Source: Candidatus Yanofskybacteria bacterium RIFCSPLOWO2_01_FULL_42_49 | GTDB taxonomy: Bacteria; Patescibacteriota; Minisyncoccia; 2-02-FULL-40-12; GWA2-44-9 | DNA: 64,000 nucleotides | NCBI GenBank assembly: GCA_001795615.1 | Contig: MGKI01000014.1 | Span: 69,380 to 133,379 of the forward strand | Direction: 5' to 3' | Shown here: in pieces, positions 9,091 through 18,520 of the stretch | How positions within the stretch are numbered: position 1 is the stretch's first letter | Layout of the letters: every line of letters begins with the position of its first letter | The notes under the pieces: model-generated | Database searches by the model: none | Seen by the model: only the letters and a program-made list of their open reading frames with translations | Told to the model about the DNA's origin: nothing | Made by a program: the position numbers and the translations under genes

Positions 9091-10950
9091 ATGCAAACAT
9101 ACCTACTTTTTGAGATAGCCAATTCCTGCGCTGGGTCGAGCAAATTGATAGAAAAGTTGATAGATTCCCTACCGCAAGAGGATAATTTTGGCATTAACCC
9201 CCACACTCACTTTAGATATAGCTCAAAGAGCCAAAAACTAAAGCAAGTTAAAGTGAGTGTGGGGGTAAAATTTCAAGTTTATAAGTATAACGAAATTGCC
9301 TTATCCGACTATGAATGGTATCCGGTTTATAAGCAAACCTTCATAAATGCGCAGAATTGGAAAAAGATTTTTGCTCATGCAAAGAGCAAGGGCTTTGATA
9401 TCTGGATAGATGTTTTTGATCTATATAGCGTAGAAGTTATTAAAGATAATCTGCCGTTGGTAACCGGAATAAAACTCCAGTCTTCTGTTTTGAATAACCT
9501 CAAGGTATTGACTGCATTATCTGAAGTAATAAAAAACGGAAAGATTACGGTGATGTTAAATGTTGCCGGCAGAGACCTATCAAACATCAAAGAGTTGCTT
9601 AAAGATATAAGATCAAATTATTTTGACAATAAAATTATACTTCAAGCCGGTTTTCAGGGATATCCCACCGATAAAGAAGATCTAACCGTAAGTAAGGTCC
9701 GGATCTTAAAATCCGAATTTCCTAGTACAATAATATCTTATGCCGATCATGTTGACGGCAGTTCGCCTCTTGCGTTTGATATTCCGGTTTTTGCCGTATT
9801 GGCCGGCGCCGAGCACATAGAAAAGCATGTCTGCTTAGACAGGAAAAATACAAAATACGACTTCCAATCAGCAATTGAGCCCTATGAATGTGATCTATTA
9901 ATTTACAAGCTTAATGAAGCCGAAAAAATATTGGGAACAAAGTTTATACCAGACAAGGAAGCAAATTACCTCAAAACAACAATAGAGAAACCAATCGCTT
10001 CAGTTCATTTGAGAGCCGGCGATATTATAAATTTCAAAAACTTTGACTTTAGAAGAACCGGGCAGGAGGGGCTGACTGTAGCTGAAATAAAAGAATATAT
10101 GGAAAAAAGGTACGTACTGAAAAATGATATAAAGCCCGGGAAACCGATAACAAAAAATGATCTGAAAAAAGCCAGAGTAGGCGTTATTATCGCCTGCCGA
10201 ATGAAGTCAACCCGCTTAAAACATAAAGCCATATTACCCATTCAAGGACTGGCATCAATCGAAAGATGTATTTTGAACGCTAAAAAAATTAAATCGGCTG
10301 ATGAGATAATTTTGGCAACTTCAACCCTTGAAGAAGATCAAATTCTAAAAAAATACGCCTTAAAGCATAGGATCCGTTTTTTTGCCGGAGACCCCGAGGA
10401 TGTCATACTCCGCTATTTAGGCGTAGCTGAAAAATATAATCTTGATGTTACAATCCGAGTTACCGGTGATTGCCCGATAGTGTCGTATGAGATGGCCAAA
10501 TTTTTACTGAAAAGACATTTTGAAAAAGGTAATGATTATACTGGCCCCAAAGAATATTGTACCGGACAAAATAGCGAAATATACAGTGTAAATACATTAA
10601 AAAGAATTATAAAGTACTTGGGTGATGCCAGACATTCCGAATATATGACTTGGTATATGCTTACTAATAAAGACATCTTCCAAGTAGATATGGCCGAATT
10701 GCCCAAAGAATGGATCCGCGCTTACCGGCTAACCCTGGATGTCCAAGAAGACCTTGATATGTTTAATGCCTTATTTGAAAAATTGGGCAAAAAAGAAGTA
10801 AGCATTAAAAATGTATTCGGGGTAATTGACAAGAATCCCTGGATTCACGAACTTAACGATGCCATGGTTCTTAAATACAAATCGGATAAAAAATTAATAG
10901 ACATGCTGAATAAAGAAACGAGGATAAATCCGCCCAAAATTAAAAAATGA
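9091..10950 (+). CDS. Fusion: divergent NeuB-family nonulosonate synthase + SAF + SpsF/KdsB-like cytidylyltransferase
   Basis: KFQ, YADH and IEKH in the N-terminal half; IIACRMKSTRLKHKA, RVTGDCP, RLTLD..ED in the C-terminal half. Confidence 0.85.
   Translation: MQTYLLFEIANSCAGSSKLIEKLIDSLPQEDNFGINPHTHFRYSSKSQKLKQVKVSVGVKFQVYKYNEIALSDYEWYPVYKQTFINAQNWKKIFAHAKSKGFDIWIDVFDLYSVEVIKDNLPLVTGIKLQSSVLNNLKVLTALSEVIKNGKITVMLNVAGRDLSNIKELLKDIRSNYFDNKIILQAGFQGYPTDKEDLTVSKVRILKSEFPSTIISYADHVDGSSPLAFDIPVFAVLAGAEHIEKHVCLDRKNTKYDFQSAIEPYECDLLIYKLNEAEKILGTKFIPDKEANYLKTTIEKPIASVHLRAGDIINFKNFDFRRTGQEGLTVAEIKEYMEKRYVLKNDIKPGKPITKNDLKKARVGVIIACRMKSTRLKHKAILPIQGLASIERCILNAKKIKSADEIILATSTLEEDQILKKYALKHRIRFFAGDPEDVILRYLGVAEKYNLDVTIRVTGDCPIVSYEMAKFLLKRHFEKGNDYTGPKEYCTGQNSEIYSVNTLKRIIKYLGDARHSEYMTWYMLTNKDIFQVDMAELPKEWIRAYRLTLDVQEDLDMFNALFEKLGKKEVSIKNVFGVIDKNPWIHELNDAMVLKYKSDKKLIDMLNKETRINPPKIKK
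9197..9266. repeat. In-frame palindromic (MITE/RPE-like) insertion, family A
   Basis: ACCCCCACACTCACTTTA ... TAAAGTGAGTGTGGGGGT, perfect 18-bp arms; adds 24 codons between GI and KFQ. Confidence 0.85.
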
Positions 10951-11516
10951 CAACAATATACATACTGGGCGGATTTTTAAAAAAAAATCGTGACGGAAGC
11001 TACGGCAGTGATCAATTAAGTTACATAAGGGTTCTGGCCGGATATTATCTTTACAAAAAATTATCTGGAAAAAACAAGATCGAACTGATTGTTTCTGGAA
11101 GCAGAGGAATTTATAGAGGAACTCCGGGCATTCCTCGAGTGGCAATAGTAATGAAACGGGAGCTGATAGAATTAGGCCTAAGCCCAAAAGAAATAAAAAT
11201 AGATAAAACGGACTTTACTTACAAGGAACTTATCTGGCTAAAAAAATATATAGCTAAAAAAACTGGGAAAGCATTTATTGTATCTAATGCCTACCACTTA
11301 CCCAGGATTAAAACGATGATCGATATTCTTCCAGAATTGAAGGAATTAAAAAATATAATTAAATTAGTCCCCGCGGATAAAATAGCAATTAAATTCGACG
11401 AAAAATTAAAACCCAGAATTAAAAAAGCCAATAAAAGTTCGGAAATGAAAAAAATAATTTCTTCTGAAAAAGAGGGTATACGCGCATTAAGATCAGGTAA
11501 CTATAAATTCAGGTGA
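10947..11516 (+). CDS. YdcF/ElyC (DUF218) family protein
   Basis: ILGG, LIVSG, IVSNAYHLPR. Confidence 0.7.
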   Translation: MTTIYILGGFLKKNRDGSYGSDQLSYIRVLAGYYLYKKLSGKNKIELIVSGSRGIYRGTPGIPRVAIVMKRELIELGLSPKEIKIDKTDFTYKELIWLKKYIAKKTGKAFIVSNAYHLPRIKTMIDILPELKELKNIIKLVPADKIAIKFDEKLKPRIKKANKSSEMKKIISSEKEGIRALRSGNYKFR

Positions 11517-12583
11517 TGGAAAAACTCATAGTAAAAATAGGGAATGAGAAAAGGGAGATCGGCCCTAACCAGCCGGCTTTTATAATTGCCGAAATGTCGG
11601 CTAATCATGGACATAACATCAGGAAAGCGTACAAAATAATCGACGAAGTAGCCAAAGCTGGTGCAGATGCAATAAAACTTCAAACCTATACTCCGGACAC
11701 GATAACCATTGATTCAAATAAAAAATACTTCCAAGTAGAAATAAATGATGCTTGGAAAGGTCAGACTCTTTACAGCTTATATAGCAAAGCATACACACCT
11801 TGGGAGTGGATGCCAAAATTAAAAAAATACGCTGAAGACAAGGGACTGGTATTTTTTTCCTCTGTTTTTGACAATACTTCAGTTGATTTTCTAGAGACAA
11901 TTAACGTACCGATCTATAAGGTGGCATCCTTTGAAGTGGTCGATATTCCCCTTCTTAAAAGAATAGGCAGAACAAAAAAACCAGTTATTATATCCCGAGG
12001 TATGTCTACCCTCTCCGAACTGAAGTTAGCTCTTAAAACGTTAAAAAATGCCGGTACTTCTTCAATCGCAATCCTTCATTGTGTAAGTTCTTATCCGGCT
12101 AAATTCGACGAAATGAATATTTATACAATTACCGATCTAATAAAAAAATTCAATCATGTCGTCGGTCTTTCTGATCATTCTCCCGGAGCAACGGCCTCAA
12201 TAGCTGCCGTGAGCTTGGGAGCAAAAGTTATAGAAAAACACATAATTTTGTCCCGTTCCGAAGGCGGACCGGACGCTGCTTTTTCTCTTGAGCCAAATGA
12301 ATTCAAAAAACTTGTTGACTCTGTCCGAAATACTGAGGCTGCGTTGGGTAAGCCTTTTTACGGCTCAGGAATAAAAGAGTCGGAAAATATTGTTTTTAGA
12401 AAGTCACTTTTTGTCGTTGAAAATATTAAAAAGGGTCAAAAATTTACAGCTCAAAATATCCGTTCAATCCGCCCCGGACATGGTCTTGAACCGAAATATT
12501 ATGAGCGGGTTATTGGAAAACTAGCCAAAGTTGACCTAGAAAAAGGCACACCGCTTAAATTAATCCACATAGAAAATGTCTAA
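11516..12583 (+). CDS. pseI: Pseudaminic acid synthase
   Basis: IAEMSANH, AIKLQTYTPDTIT, YKVASFE, HCVSSYP, GLSDH, IEKH, GGPDAAFSLEP, C-terminal SAF domain. Confidence 0.92.
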   Translation: MEKLIVKIGNEKREIGPNQPAFIIAEMSANHGHNIRKAYKIIDEVAKAGADAIKLQTYTPDTITIDSNKKYFQVEINDAWKGQTLYSLYSKAYTPWEWMPKLKKYAEDKGLVFFSSVFDNTSVDFLETINVPIYKVASFEVVDIPLLKRIGRTKKPVIISRGMSTLSELKLALKTLKNAGTSSIAILHCVSSYPAKFDEMNIYTITDLIKKFNHVVGLSDHSPGATASIAAVSLGAKVIEKHIILSRSEGGPDAAFSLEPNEFKKLVDSVRNTEAALGKPFYGSGIKESENIVFRKSLFVVENIKKGQKFTAQNIRSIRPGHGLEPKYYERVIGKLAKVDLEKGTPLKLIHIENV

Positions 12584-13190
12584 AATTGGGGTAATCAACT
12601 ATGGCGTTGGCAATCTGCAATCCGTGAAAAACTCACTGGATTTTTTAGGCATTCCAAACGAAATTGTCGACAAGTCGCAGGAGATAAGTAGTTTTGACAA
12701 AATAATTCTGCCGGGAGTAGGCGCTTTTGGAGCCGCAATAAAAAAATTAAATGACCTTGGTTTTACTGAAGAAATAAGAAAATTCTCCAGCCAAAATAAG
12801 CCAATCCTCGGTATCTGTCTAGGTATGCAGCTTCTATTTGATGAGAGTTACGAACACGGCCACCACCAAGGTTTAGGATTAATAAAGGGAAGGGTTCTGC
12901 CTTTCAATGAAAAAATAAAAAACCTGCCTCTGCCTCAAATCGGTTGGAATAACATAACTAAAGTAGGCGTATCCCCTATTTTAAAAAATGTCGAGGATAA
13001 TTCTTGTTTTTATTTTGTCCATAGTTTTTATTGCGAACCAGAGAAAAAAACTGCCACAATAGCTAGTTCTGATTATGGCATAAAATTTGCGGCAATTATT
13101 AACGAAAATAATATCTTCGGCTGCCAGTTCCACCCGGAAAAAAGCCAGTCGGCCGGACTTCATATATTAAAGAATTTCTCTAGCCTATGA
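12576..13190 (+). CDS. hisH: HisH-like glutaminase subunit (WbuY-type, glycan amidation)
   Basis: YGVGNL.SV, LPGVGAF, GICLGMQ, FYFVHSF, QFHPEKS. Confidence 0.9.
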   Translation: MSKIGVINYGVGNLQSVKNSLDFLGIPNEIVDKSQEISSFDKIILPGVGAFGAAIKKLNDLGFTEEIRKFSSQNKPILGICLGMQLLFDESYEHGHHQGLGLIKGRVLPFNEKIKNLPLPQIGWNNITKVGVSPILKNVEDNSCFYFVHSFYCEPEKKTATIASSDYGIKFAAIINENNIFGCQFHPEKSQSAGLHILKNFSSL

Positions 13191-13972
13191 TTAAACGACG
13201 CTTAATACCAGTACTTTATATTAAGAATGGCCTTATCGTAAGAAGCGAGGGATTTTCTTATCACCACAATATAGGCAACGTGGTAAAAGAAGCTGCTCGC
13301 TATAATAGCTGGGATGTTGACGAGTTAATTTATATAGACATAAGTCGAGAAAAACACTACGATCTCCGCCGTGACGATTATAATGTAAACGCCTACAACT
13401 CAATCGGATCCATCATTAAAGAAATATCCAAGGTTTGCTTTATGCCCTTAACCTTTGGAGGGGGCATACGAACTATTGATGATGTCAGTTTCAGGATACA
13501 AAATGGGGCTGATAAAATAACCTTAAACACCGGCGCACTTGAAAATCCAAAATTAATAACTCAAGCAGCTGAGAGATATGGTTCACAAGCCGTGGTGATA
13601 TCTATTGATTATAAAATTATTGAAAACCAACCAATCGTATTCACTGATTTTGGCCAAAAAAATACGAGCAAATCTGTTTACAACTGGGTCAAAGAATGCG
13701 AAAATCTAGGTGCTGGAGAAATATTTATTAACTCGATTGACCGAGATGGAAAAGCCAACGGCTACGATATTGAAACAATCAATAAAACCGTCGCATCTAC
13801 TAAATTACCCACTATCGCTTGCGGCGGAGCTGGAAATCTTGAAGATTTTGTTGAACTGGCGAAACAAACAAATGTTTCAGCCGTAGCCGCTGGAAACATA
13901 TTTCACTTTACCGAGTTAAGTTATCCAAGATCAAAAATATTGCTTAAAAAAAATAATTTAAATTTCCGTTAA
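13187..13972 (+). CDS. hisF: HisF-like cyclase/ammonia-channel subunit (WbuZ-type)
   Basis: RLIPVL, FMPLTFGGGIR, GAGEIFINSIDRDG, IACGGAG. Confidence 0.85.
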   Translation: MIKRRLIPVLYIKNGLIVRSEGFSYHHNIGNVVKEAARYNSWDVDELIYIDISREKHYDLRRDDYNVNAYNSIGSIIKEISKVCFMPLTFGGGIRTIDDVSFRIQNGADKITLNTGALENPKLITQAAERYGSQAVVISIDYKIIENQPIVFTDFGQKNTSKSVYNWVKECENLGAGEIFINSIDRDGKANGYDIETINKTVASTKLPTIACGGAGNLEDFVELAKQTNVSAVAAGNIFHFTELSYPRSKILLKKNNLNFR

Positions 13973-13973
13973 C

Positions 13974-15173
13974 ATGACTAAGATAACATACTGCACAAAG
14001 TGCGTTTATCCCTCAAGTTCTGCTGTTCCCCTTGCCTTTGATGAAAAAGGGTTGTGTTCCGGCTGTAGAACCAGCGGAGAAAAAGCACAGATAGATTGGG
14101 ACGATCGCAAGAAAAAATTTGAGGATATTATTGAAGAATACCGCAATAAAGACGGCACTGGTTATGATCTAATAATTCCAGTTTCCGGAGGCAAGGACAG
14201 TTACTTTCAAGTCCATCTTATGAAAAAAATTTATGGACTTAATCCGCTTCTGGTAACCTACAACGGCAACAACTATACTCCGACCGGAATGGAAAATCTC
14301 ATTAACATGAGAAATGTTTTTGGAGTTGATCATATTTTCTTCACGGCCAACATTGATGTGCTGAAAACATTAAATCGCCTCGGTGTCCAAATTTTGGGTG
14401 ATATGCAGTGGCACTACGCTTCGGGCATCTACACATACCCAATAAGGGTAGCCGTAGAGACCAAGACGCCCTTGATGCTCTGGGGCGAACACGGGCATAT
14501 GGATCTTGGCGGAATGCACTCATATAATGACTTGGTGGAATTTACATACAGATATCGGCACGAACATGTAATTCGAGGATACGAGTGGACTGATTTTTTA
14601 AAAAGAGCGCCAGAATTCGGCGAAAAACTAACTAAACAACAACTAATCCCTTGGATGTATCCTTCAGATGAGGAGATAGCTAGTGTTGGTGTTCGGGGTA
14701 TTTATACCGCTAATTATTTTAAATGGGATGCCAATATCCACGGGCCAATGGTAATGGAAAAATACGGTTTTAAGGTACCCGATGAACCTTTTGAAAGGAC
14801 TTATAGAAAGATGTCAAACTTAGACGATATGCATGAGAATGGCGTACATGATTACCTAAAGTTTATAAAATTTGGCTATGGTCGAGCAACTGACCATGTT
14901 TGCAAAGATATCCGATCGGGCATTATGACCCGTGAACGAGGAATTGAATTAGTTAAAAACATGGACCACCTCAAACCAAAAGATACCCAGCGATGGTTAA
15001 AATATGTCGGTTGGACAGAAGAAAAATTTGATAAAATTGCCGATACTTTCCGCGACCAGCGAGTTTGGTGGATCAAAGACGGCCAGTGGTGGAAAGACAA
15101 TCTTTGGAGGGAACCATCTGCTTACGGAAAGGTCCACTTGGACCCGAAACAACAGAAAAAATACTTATTGTAA
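13974..15173 (+). CDS. N-acetyl sugar amidotransferase (WbuX/PseA/WbpG family)
   Basis: N-terminal CxxC...CxxC, PP-loop VSGGKDS, WGE, KFGYGRA. Confidence 0.9.
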   Translation: MTKITYCTKCVYPSSSAVPLAFDEKGLCSGCRTSGEKAQIDWDDRKKKFEDIIEEYRNKDGTGYDLIIPVSGGKDSYFQVHLMKKIYGLNPLLVTYNGNNYTPTGMENLINMRNVFGVDHIFFTANIDVLKTLNRLGVQILGDMQWHYASGIYTYPIRVAVETKTPLMLWGEHGHMDLGGMHSYNDLVEFTYRYRHEHVIRGYEWTDFLKRAPEFGEKLTKQQLIPWMYPSDEEIASVGVRGIYTANYFKWDANIHGPMVMEKYGFKVPDEPFERTYRKMSNLDDMHENGVHDYLKFIKFGYGRATDHVCKDIRSGIMTRERGIELVKNMDHLKPKDTQRWLKYVGWTEEKFDKIADTFRDQRVWWIKDGQWWKDNLWREPSAYGKVHLDPKQQKKYLL

Positions 15174-15231
15174 ATTTTACTTTTAACTCATTCATGCTAT
15201 CATCCTGTTAGTTTTTCAATACCGAGTAAAC

Positions 15232-15672
15232 ATGGGACTAATCATCAGACCAGCACAACTTGATGACGCACAAAGAATTTGGGAGATTAGGAATGAACCC
15301 CAAGCCAGGGCTGTTGCGGCCAACTCAGACGTAATTCCCCTCGCCCAGCATATTAGCTGGTTCGAGAACAAATATTTTAAACCCGAGGGTGATTCTTGTT
15401 TTGTGGCTGAAATTGACGGGAAAGTTATCGGTTATTGCCGTTTTGATTCGGAAGGAGATCATTACTTAAACTCAATCGCCGTTACTTCATCAATGCATGG
15501 CAAGGGAATCGGCACTATCCTACTCGGCCAATCAATAAAACAACTGAAAACAGACAAGCCGATCCACGCTGAGGTAAGGAGATATAATCTAGCATCTGTG
15601 AAAATATTTGAAAGAAACGGTTTTAAGAAAGTGTCCGAAGACAAAAAAAATATATATTATCAATTAACATAA
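15232..15672 (+). CDS. GNAT N-acetyltransferase (PseH-like)
   Basis: IWEIRN, H.SWF, HGKGIG acetyl-CoA motif, NLAS..IFERNGF. Confidence 0.8.
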   Translation: MGLIIRPAQLDDAQRIWEIRNEPQARAVAANSDVIPLAQHISWFENKYFKPEGDSCFVAEIDGKVIGYCRFDSEGDHYLNSIAVTSSMHGKGIGTILLGQSIKQLKTDKPIHAEVRRYNLASVKIFERNGFKKVSEDKKNIYYQLT

Positions 15673-15673
15673 A

Positions 15674-15692
15674 AGACCCCGAGAAGGGGTCT
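15674..15692. terminator. Bidirectional terminator hairpin
   Basis: AGACCCC-gagaa-GGGGTCT between convergent stops. Confidence 0.6.
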
Positions 15693-16761
15693 ATCGCTTA
15701 TAGTAATTTAAGACAGCTTGAGCAACACGCTCACCATTAAGCCCGTCTGCCTGAAAATATTTCTGCTGGGCTTGCAGCATAGCCGCTGTATCGCCGACAA
15801 GTATTCTCTTTAAACAGTTCCTGACTTCTTCTATGCTTTCTGCTTTTAAAGATGCGCCGAGATTAGTAATTGGCCATTCGGTCATAATGTTACTTCTTGC
15901 TTCTGAAAGCAATTGACCGATTTCAGGAGTCCAAATAGTAATTAGTGGTTTCCGTAAATAACACGCCTCAACCGTCATGGTTGAATATATTCCGACAACA
16001 ATGTCCGAGCCTGCCATAATTTCGCCGCTGGTAAGACCGCTGGGATTAACAACCTTGCCCATCCGTAAACAACTTAATTCCTTCCGATATTCTAAATAAA
16101 TCTTTTTAAACTCTTCTGTTGCCCCAGAAGAAACAACAGATGGATGATCTGCTAAGATAAGATAGATCGGATTATCAAAATTATTCACGGCCTCGACAAA
16201 CATTTTGACAGCTTTGGGCATTCCCCAAGCTTGACCGGCAAAAAATACCACCGGCCAGTTTTCTCTAAGCCTCAAAACATCATGTAATGCATATCGTGCA
16301 ATTTCAGTTTCAACTTCGGCATACTTATCAAAAAAAGGCATACCGGTTACATGAATATTAGATTCTGGATAGTTGGGCCACGACCTAAGAATCAGGCATT
16401 TCGCAAATTCATCCACGACGCAAACACCGTCCGGCAAGATATCCCACTTAAACGAAGCATGCCCTCCCCATACCTCCTCGACCAGAACGGTCGGCAGATT
16501 TCTTTGTTTAGCTTCTTTATTTAAACCTATTGGTATAGACCCGCCCTTGATAGCAACCGTTAAAATGACCAATGACGGCCCGAGGGAATTGAGTAAATCA
16601 CTTATTTTTTGTTCAGGAAAGAATAAAAGCTTGTCTTTCAAATATTCGGGCGCCAATCCTTCAGCATAAACAGATACTGGAATTCCTTTATCTTTAAGTA
16701 TGTTTATCACCGATAGACAAGCATTTACAGAACCGGTATCCCGTAACCCGAAAAGAACCAC
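15691..16761 (-). CDS. GT-B-fold protein (UDP-GlcNAc 2-epimerase / polysaccharide transferase-like)
   Basis: LPD.VCV.D, HVTGMPFFD, HP, SDIVVGIYSTMTVEACYL.KP. Confidence 0.55.
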   Translation of the reverse strand: MVLFGLRDTGSVNACLSVINILKDKGIPVSVYAEGLAPEYLKDKLLFFPEQKISDLLNSLGPSLVILTVAIKGGSIPIGLNKEAKQRNLPTVLVEEVWGGHASFKWDILPDGVCVVDEFAKCLILRSWPNYPESNIHVTGMPFFDKYAEVETEIARYALHDVLRLRENWPVVFFAGQAWGMPKAVKMFVEAVNNFDNPIYLILADHPSVVSSGATEEFKKIYLEYRKELSCLRMGKVVNPSGLTSGEIMAGSDIVVGIYSTMTVEACYLRKPLITIWTPEIGQLLSEARSNIMTEWPITNLGASLKAESIEEVRNCLKRILVGDTAAMLQAQQKYFQADGLNGERVAQAVLNYYKR

Positions 16762-16829
16762 AAAATACTACCTTTTCAAGGAACTTTGAGCAATAATACC
16801 TCAATCGCCTAAAATAGCAATTTTAGAGA

Positions 16830-17306
16830 TTATCTAGCCTTTACTGACCAAACATCGCCCCATTTGTAAGGGTCGAAGCGCTTGTCATCTTTAAGAGACT
16901 CCTGGGTAGTGGAGGTTGAAGCGCAGATGAGAATTGTATCATCGGAAAGAGAAACCCAGCCATTGGCATAGAATGGGGGTATTATTATGAGATTATTTTT
17001 TCTTACCGAGCTGACGAATTGGAATTTATCGTCTGGTTTATCAGGATCTAATGCGACAAATTTAGCCGAACCGGACACGATAACAAAAAATTTCCATTCT
17101 TTTTCGTGATAATGAAACCCGCGGACAACCTCCTTGCTATCGTTACAAACATAATACATTCTCTTAATAACGCCTGCCTTGGGAGCTATTTCTTCCAAAC
17201 CATTTATAAACGGGGCAAAAGTCCCCCGATCATCGGCAAAAACAGGATATTCAACGGCTCGAGGTTGATTGTGATTCACTTTTTTCATTCTTTTTGTTTG
17301 CTTCAT
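16830..17306 (-). CDS. RmlC-like cupin sugar epimerase/isomerase
   Basis: DDRGTF, VVRGFHYH, IIPPFYANGW. Confidence 0.8.
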   Translation of the reverse strand: MKQTKRMKKVNHNQPRAVEYPVFADDRGTFAPFINGLEEIAPKAGVIKRMYYVCNDSKEVVRGFHYHEKEWKFFVIVSGSAKFVALDPDKPDDKFQFVSSVRKNNLIIIPPFYANGWVSLSDDTILICASTSTTQESLKDDKRFDPYKWGDVWSVKAR

Positions 17307-17316
17307 GTGGGATTTA

Positions 17317-17438
17317 TCCCGTTAGAGGTCCGACCCGCCTGAAAGGCGTGGTTCTCGGAGTGTGGGCATCCCCACTCCTGGGGAACTCTGTCGGCAGACG
17401 ACCCCGACTTGAGTCGGGGCGTCTTACCTCTAACGGGA
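17317..17438. repeat. GC-rich multibranched palindromic element with 13-bp terminal inverted repeats
   Basis: TCCCGTTAGAGGT ... ACCTCTAACGGGA enclosing three further hairpins. Confidence 0.85.
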
Positions 17439-18404
17439 CCATATTTTTTTATTATCCTTCATCAAACCCGCCAAATGTTTTTCGTTAAAGTGAACTGTCT
17501 CTTCTGAGGATGTTCTATTAAAACTGGCTAAAGATGCCATTTCTTTTATGCCATGGTCTAAATTATACCTCAACCCCTTAAGGAGTCCTGCTCTTTTTGC
17601 CTTATCTGCATTAACATGATAATTGCGCTCGTCTTGAAATGGCTGTTCAGTTGACTCAACTTTACAGTTTGTTAATTTGCTAACTCTGTCCGCCAAGTCC
17701 TTTATTTGAGAATTTTCGGTGACAAGATTGTAAATTCCTTTTGCGCTGTTATCAAGACCGTTAACAAAAGCCATGGCAATATCTTTCACATGAATAAATG
17801 GCCTCCACTGGGTACCGCCAAAGTAAGTTAGCTTACCCTCACCAATGGCCTTAAAACTCAAGAAGTTAACGGCTAGATCCAGACGGACCCTGGAGTGACT
17901 ATCGGAAATACCATAGGCAGTACCGATCCGATACATTAAAACATTCGGATGTTTAATGAGGAACGATTCTACTTCCAGCTTGCTTCTGGCGTAAAGCGAG
18001 AGTGGATTTGTCGGCGATGATTCAGTAAGCATTGAATCGCTCTTGCCATAAACAGAACAAGTTGAAGCAAAAAGTATCCGTCCTTTGTAATTTTTTACCA
18101 GCCACTTAACGGGTTCGACATTGACTGCCCTGGTCATCCATTCATCTATCTGGCAGCCCGGATCGCCGACAATTGCCGCTAGCCAAATAATGTGAGTATA
18201 TTTAGGCAATACGGACTTGAGTTTCTTATAATCCCTAACGTCACCATATACAAAATCAACCGGTTTTAAATACTGATGCTCGTAAACAAGCTTGTCGTAA
18301 ACGCTAAAAGGAATTCTTTTGGCAACCAAAATATCGGTTATAGCACCGCCAATATAACCGGCTCCACCGACAACAAGAACTTTGATTTTGCTGTTGTTTC
18401 CCAT
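17430..18404 (-). CDS. NAD-dependent epimerase/dehydratase (extended SDR)
   Basis: GGAGYIG, LAAIVGDP, ASTCSVYG, YARSK; start moved to MGNNSK. Confidence 0.9.
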   Translation of the reverse strand: MGNNSKIKVLVVGGAGYIGGAITDILVAKRIPFSVYDKLVYEHQYLKPVDFVYGDVRDYKKLKSVLPKYTHIIWLAAIVGDPGCQIDEWMTRAVNVEPVKWLVKNYKGRILFASTCSVYGKSDSMLTESSPTNPLSLYARSKLEVESFLIKHPNVLMYRIGTAYGISDSHSRVRLDLAVNFLSFKAIGEGKLTYFGGTQWRPFIHVKDIAMAFVNGLDNSAKGIYNLVTENSQIKDLADRVSKLTNCKVESTEQPFQDERNYHVNADKAKRAGLLKGLRYNLDHGIKEMASLASFNRTSSEETVHFNEKHLAGLMKDNKKIWSR

Positions 18405-18454
18405 ATAATTTTTATATAATAACAAAGATAAGCTGTAATGCAATATCTATTATG

Positions 18455-18492
18455 TTGATATCTGTTGACACCTTTTGACATCTTTTGATACT
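18455..18492 (+). promoter_or_regulatory. 10-bp-phased TTGAYAY array, copy 3 (four units)
   Basis: TTGATATCTG TTGACACCTT TTGACATCTT TTGATACT. Confidence 0.65.
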
Positions 18493-18520
18493 CTTTATGT
18501 AGGTCAGAGGTCAAAACTTT

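Noticed and set aside
12576..13972. Histidine biosynthesis operon
   Set aside because: Only hisH/hisF-like genes are present and they are coupled to an N-acetyl sugar amidotransferase, the known glycan amidation arrangement
17317..17438. tRNA or known riboswitch
   Set aside because: No T-loop/D-loop consensus or CCA end, and no aptamer motif recognised; kept only as a structured repeat
5169..18492. CRISPR array or iteron origin from the repeated TGAYAC motif
   Set aside because: Units are 10 bp, there are no spacers, copies are dispersed over three promoters, and there is no cas or rep gene
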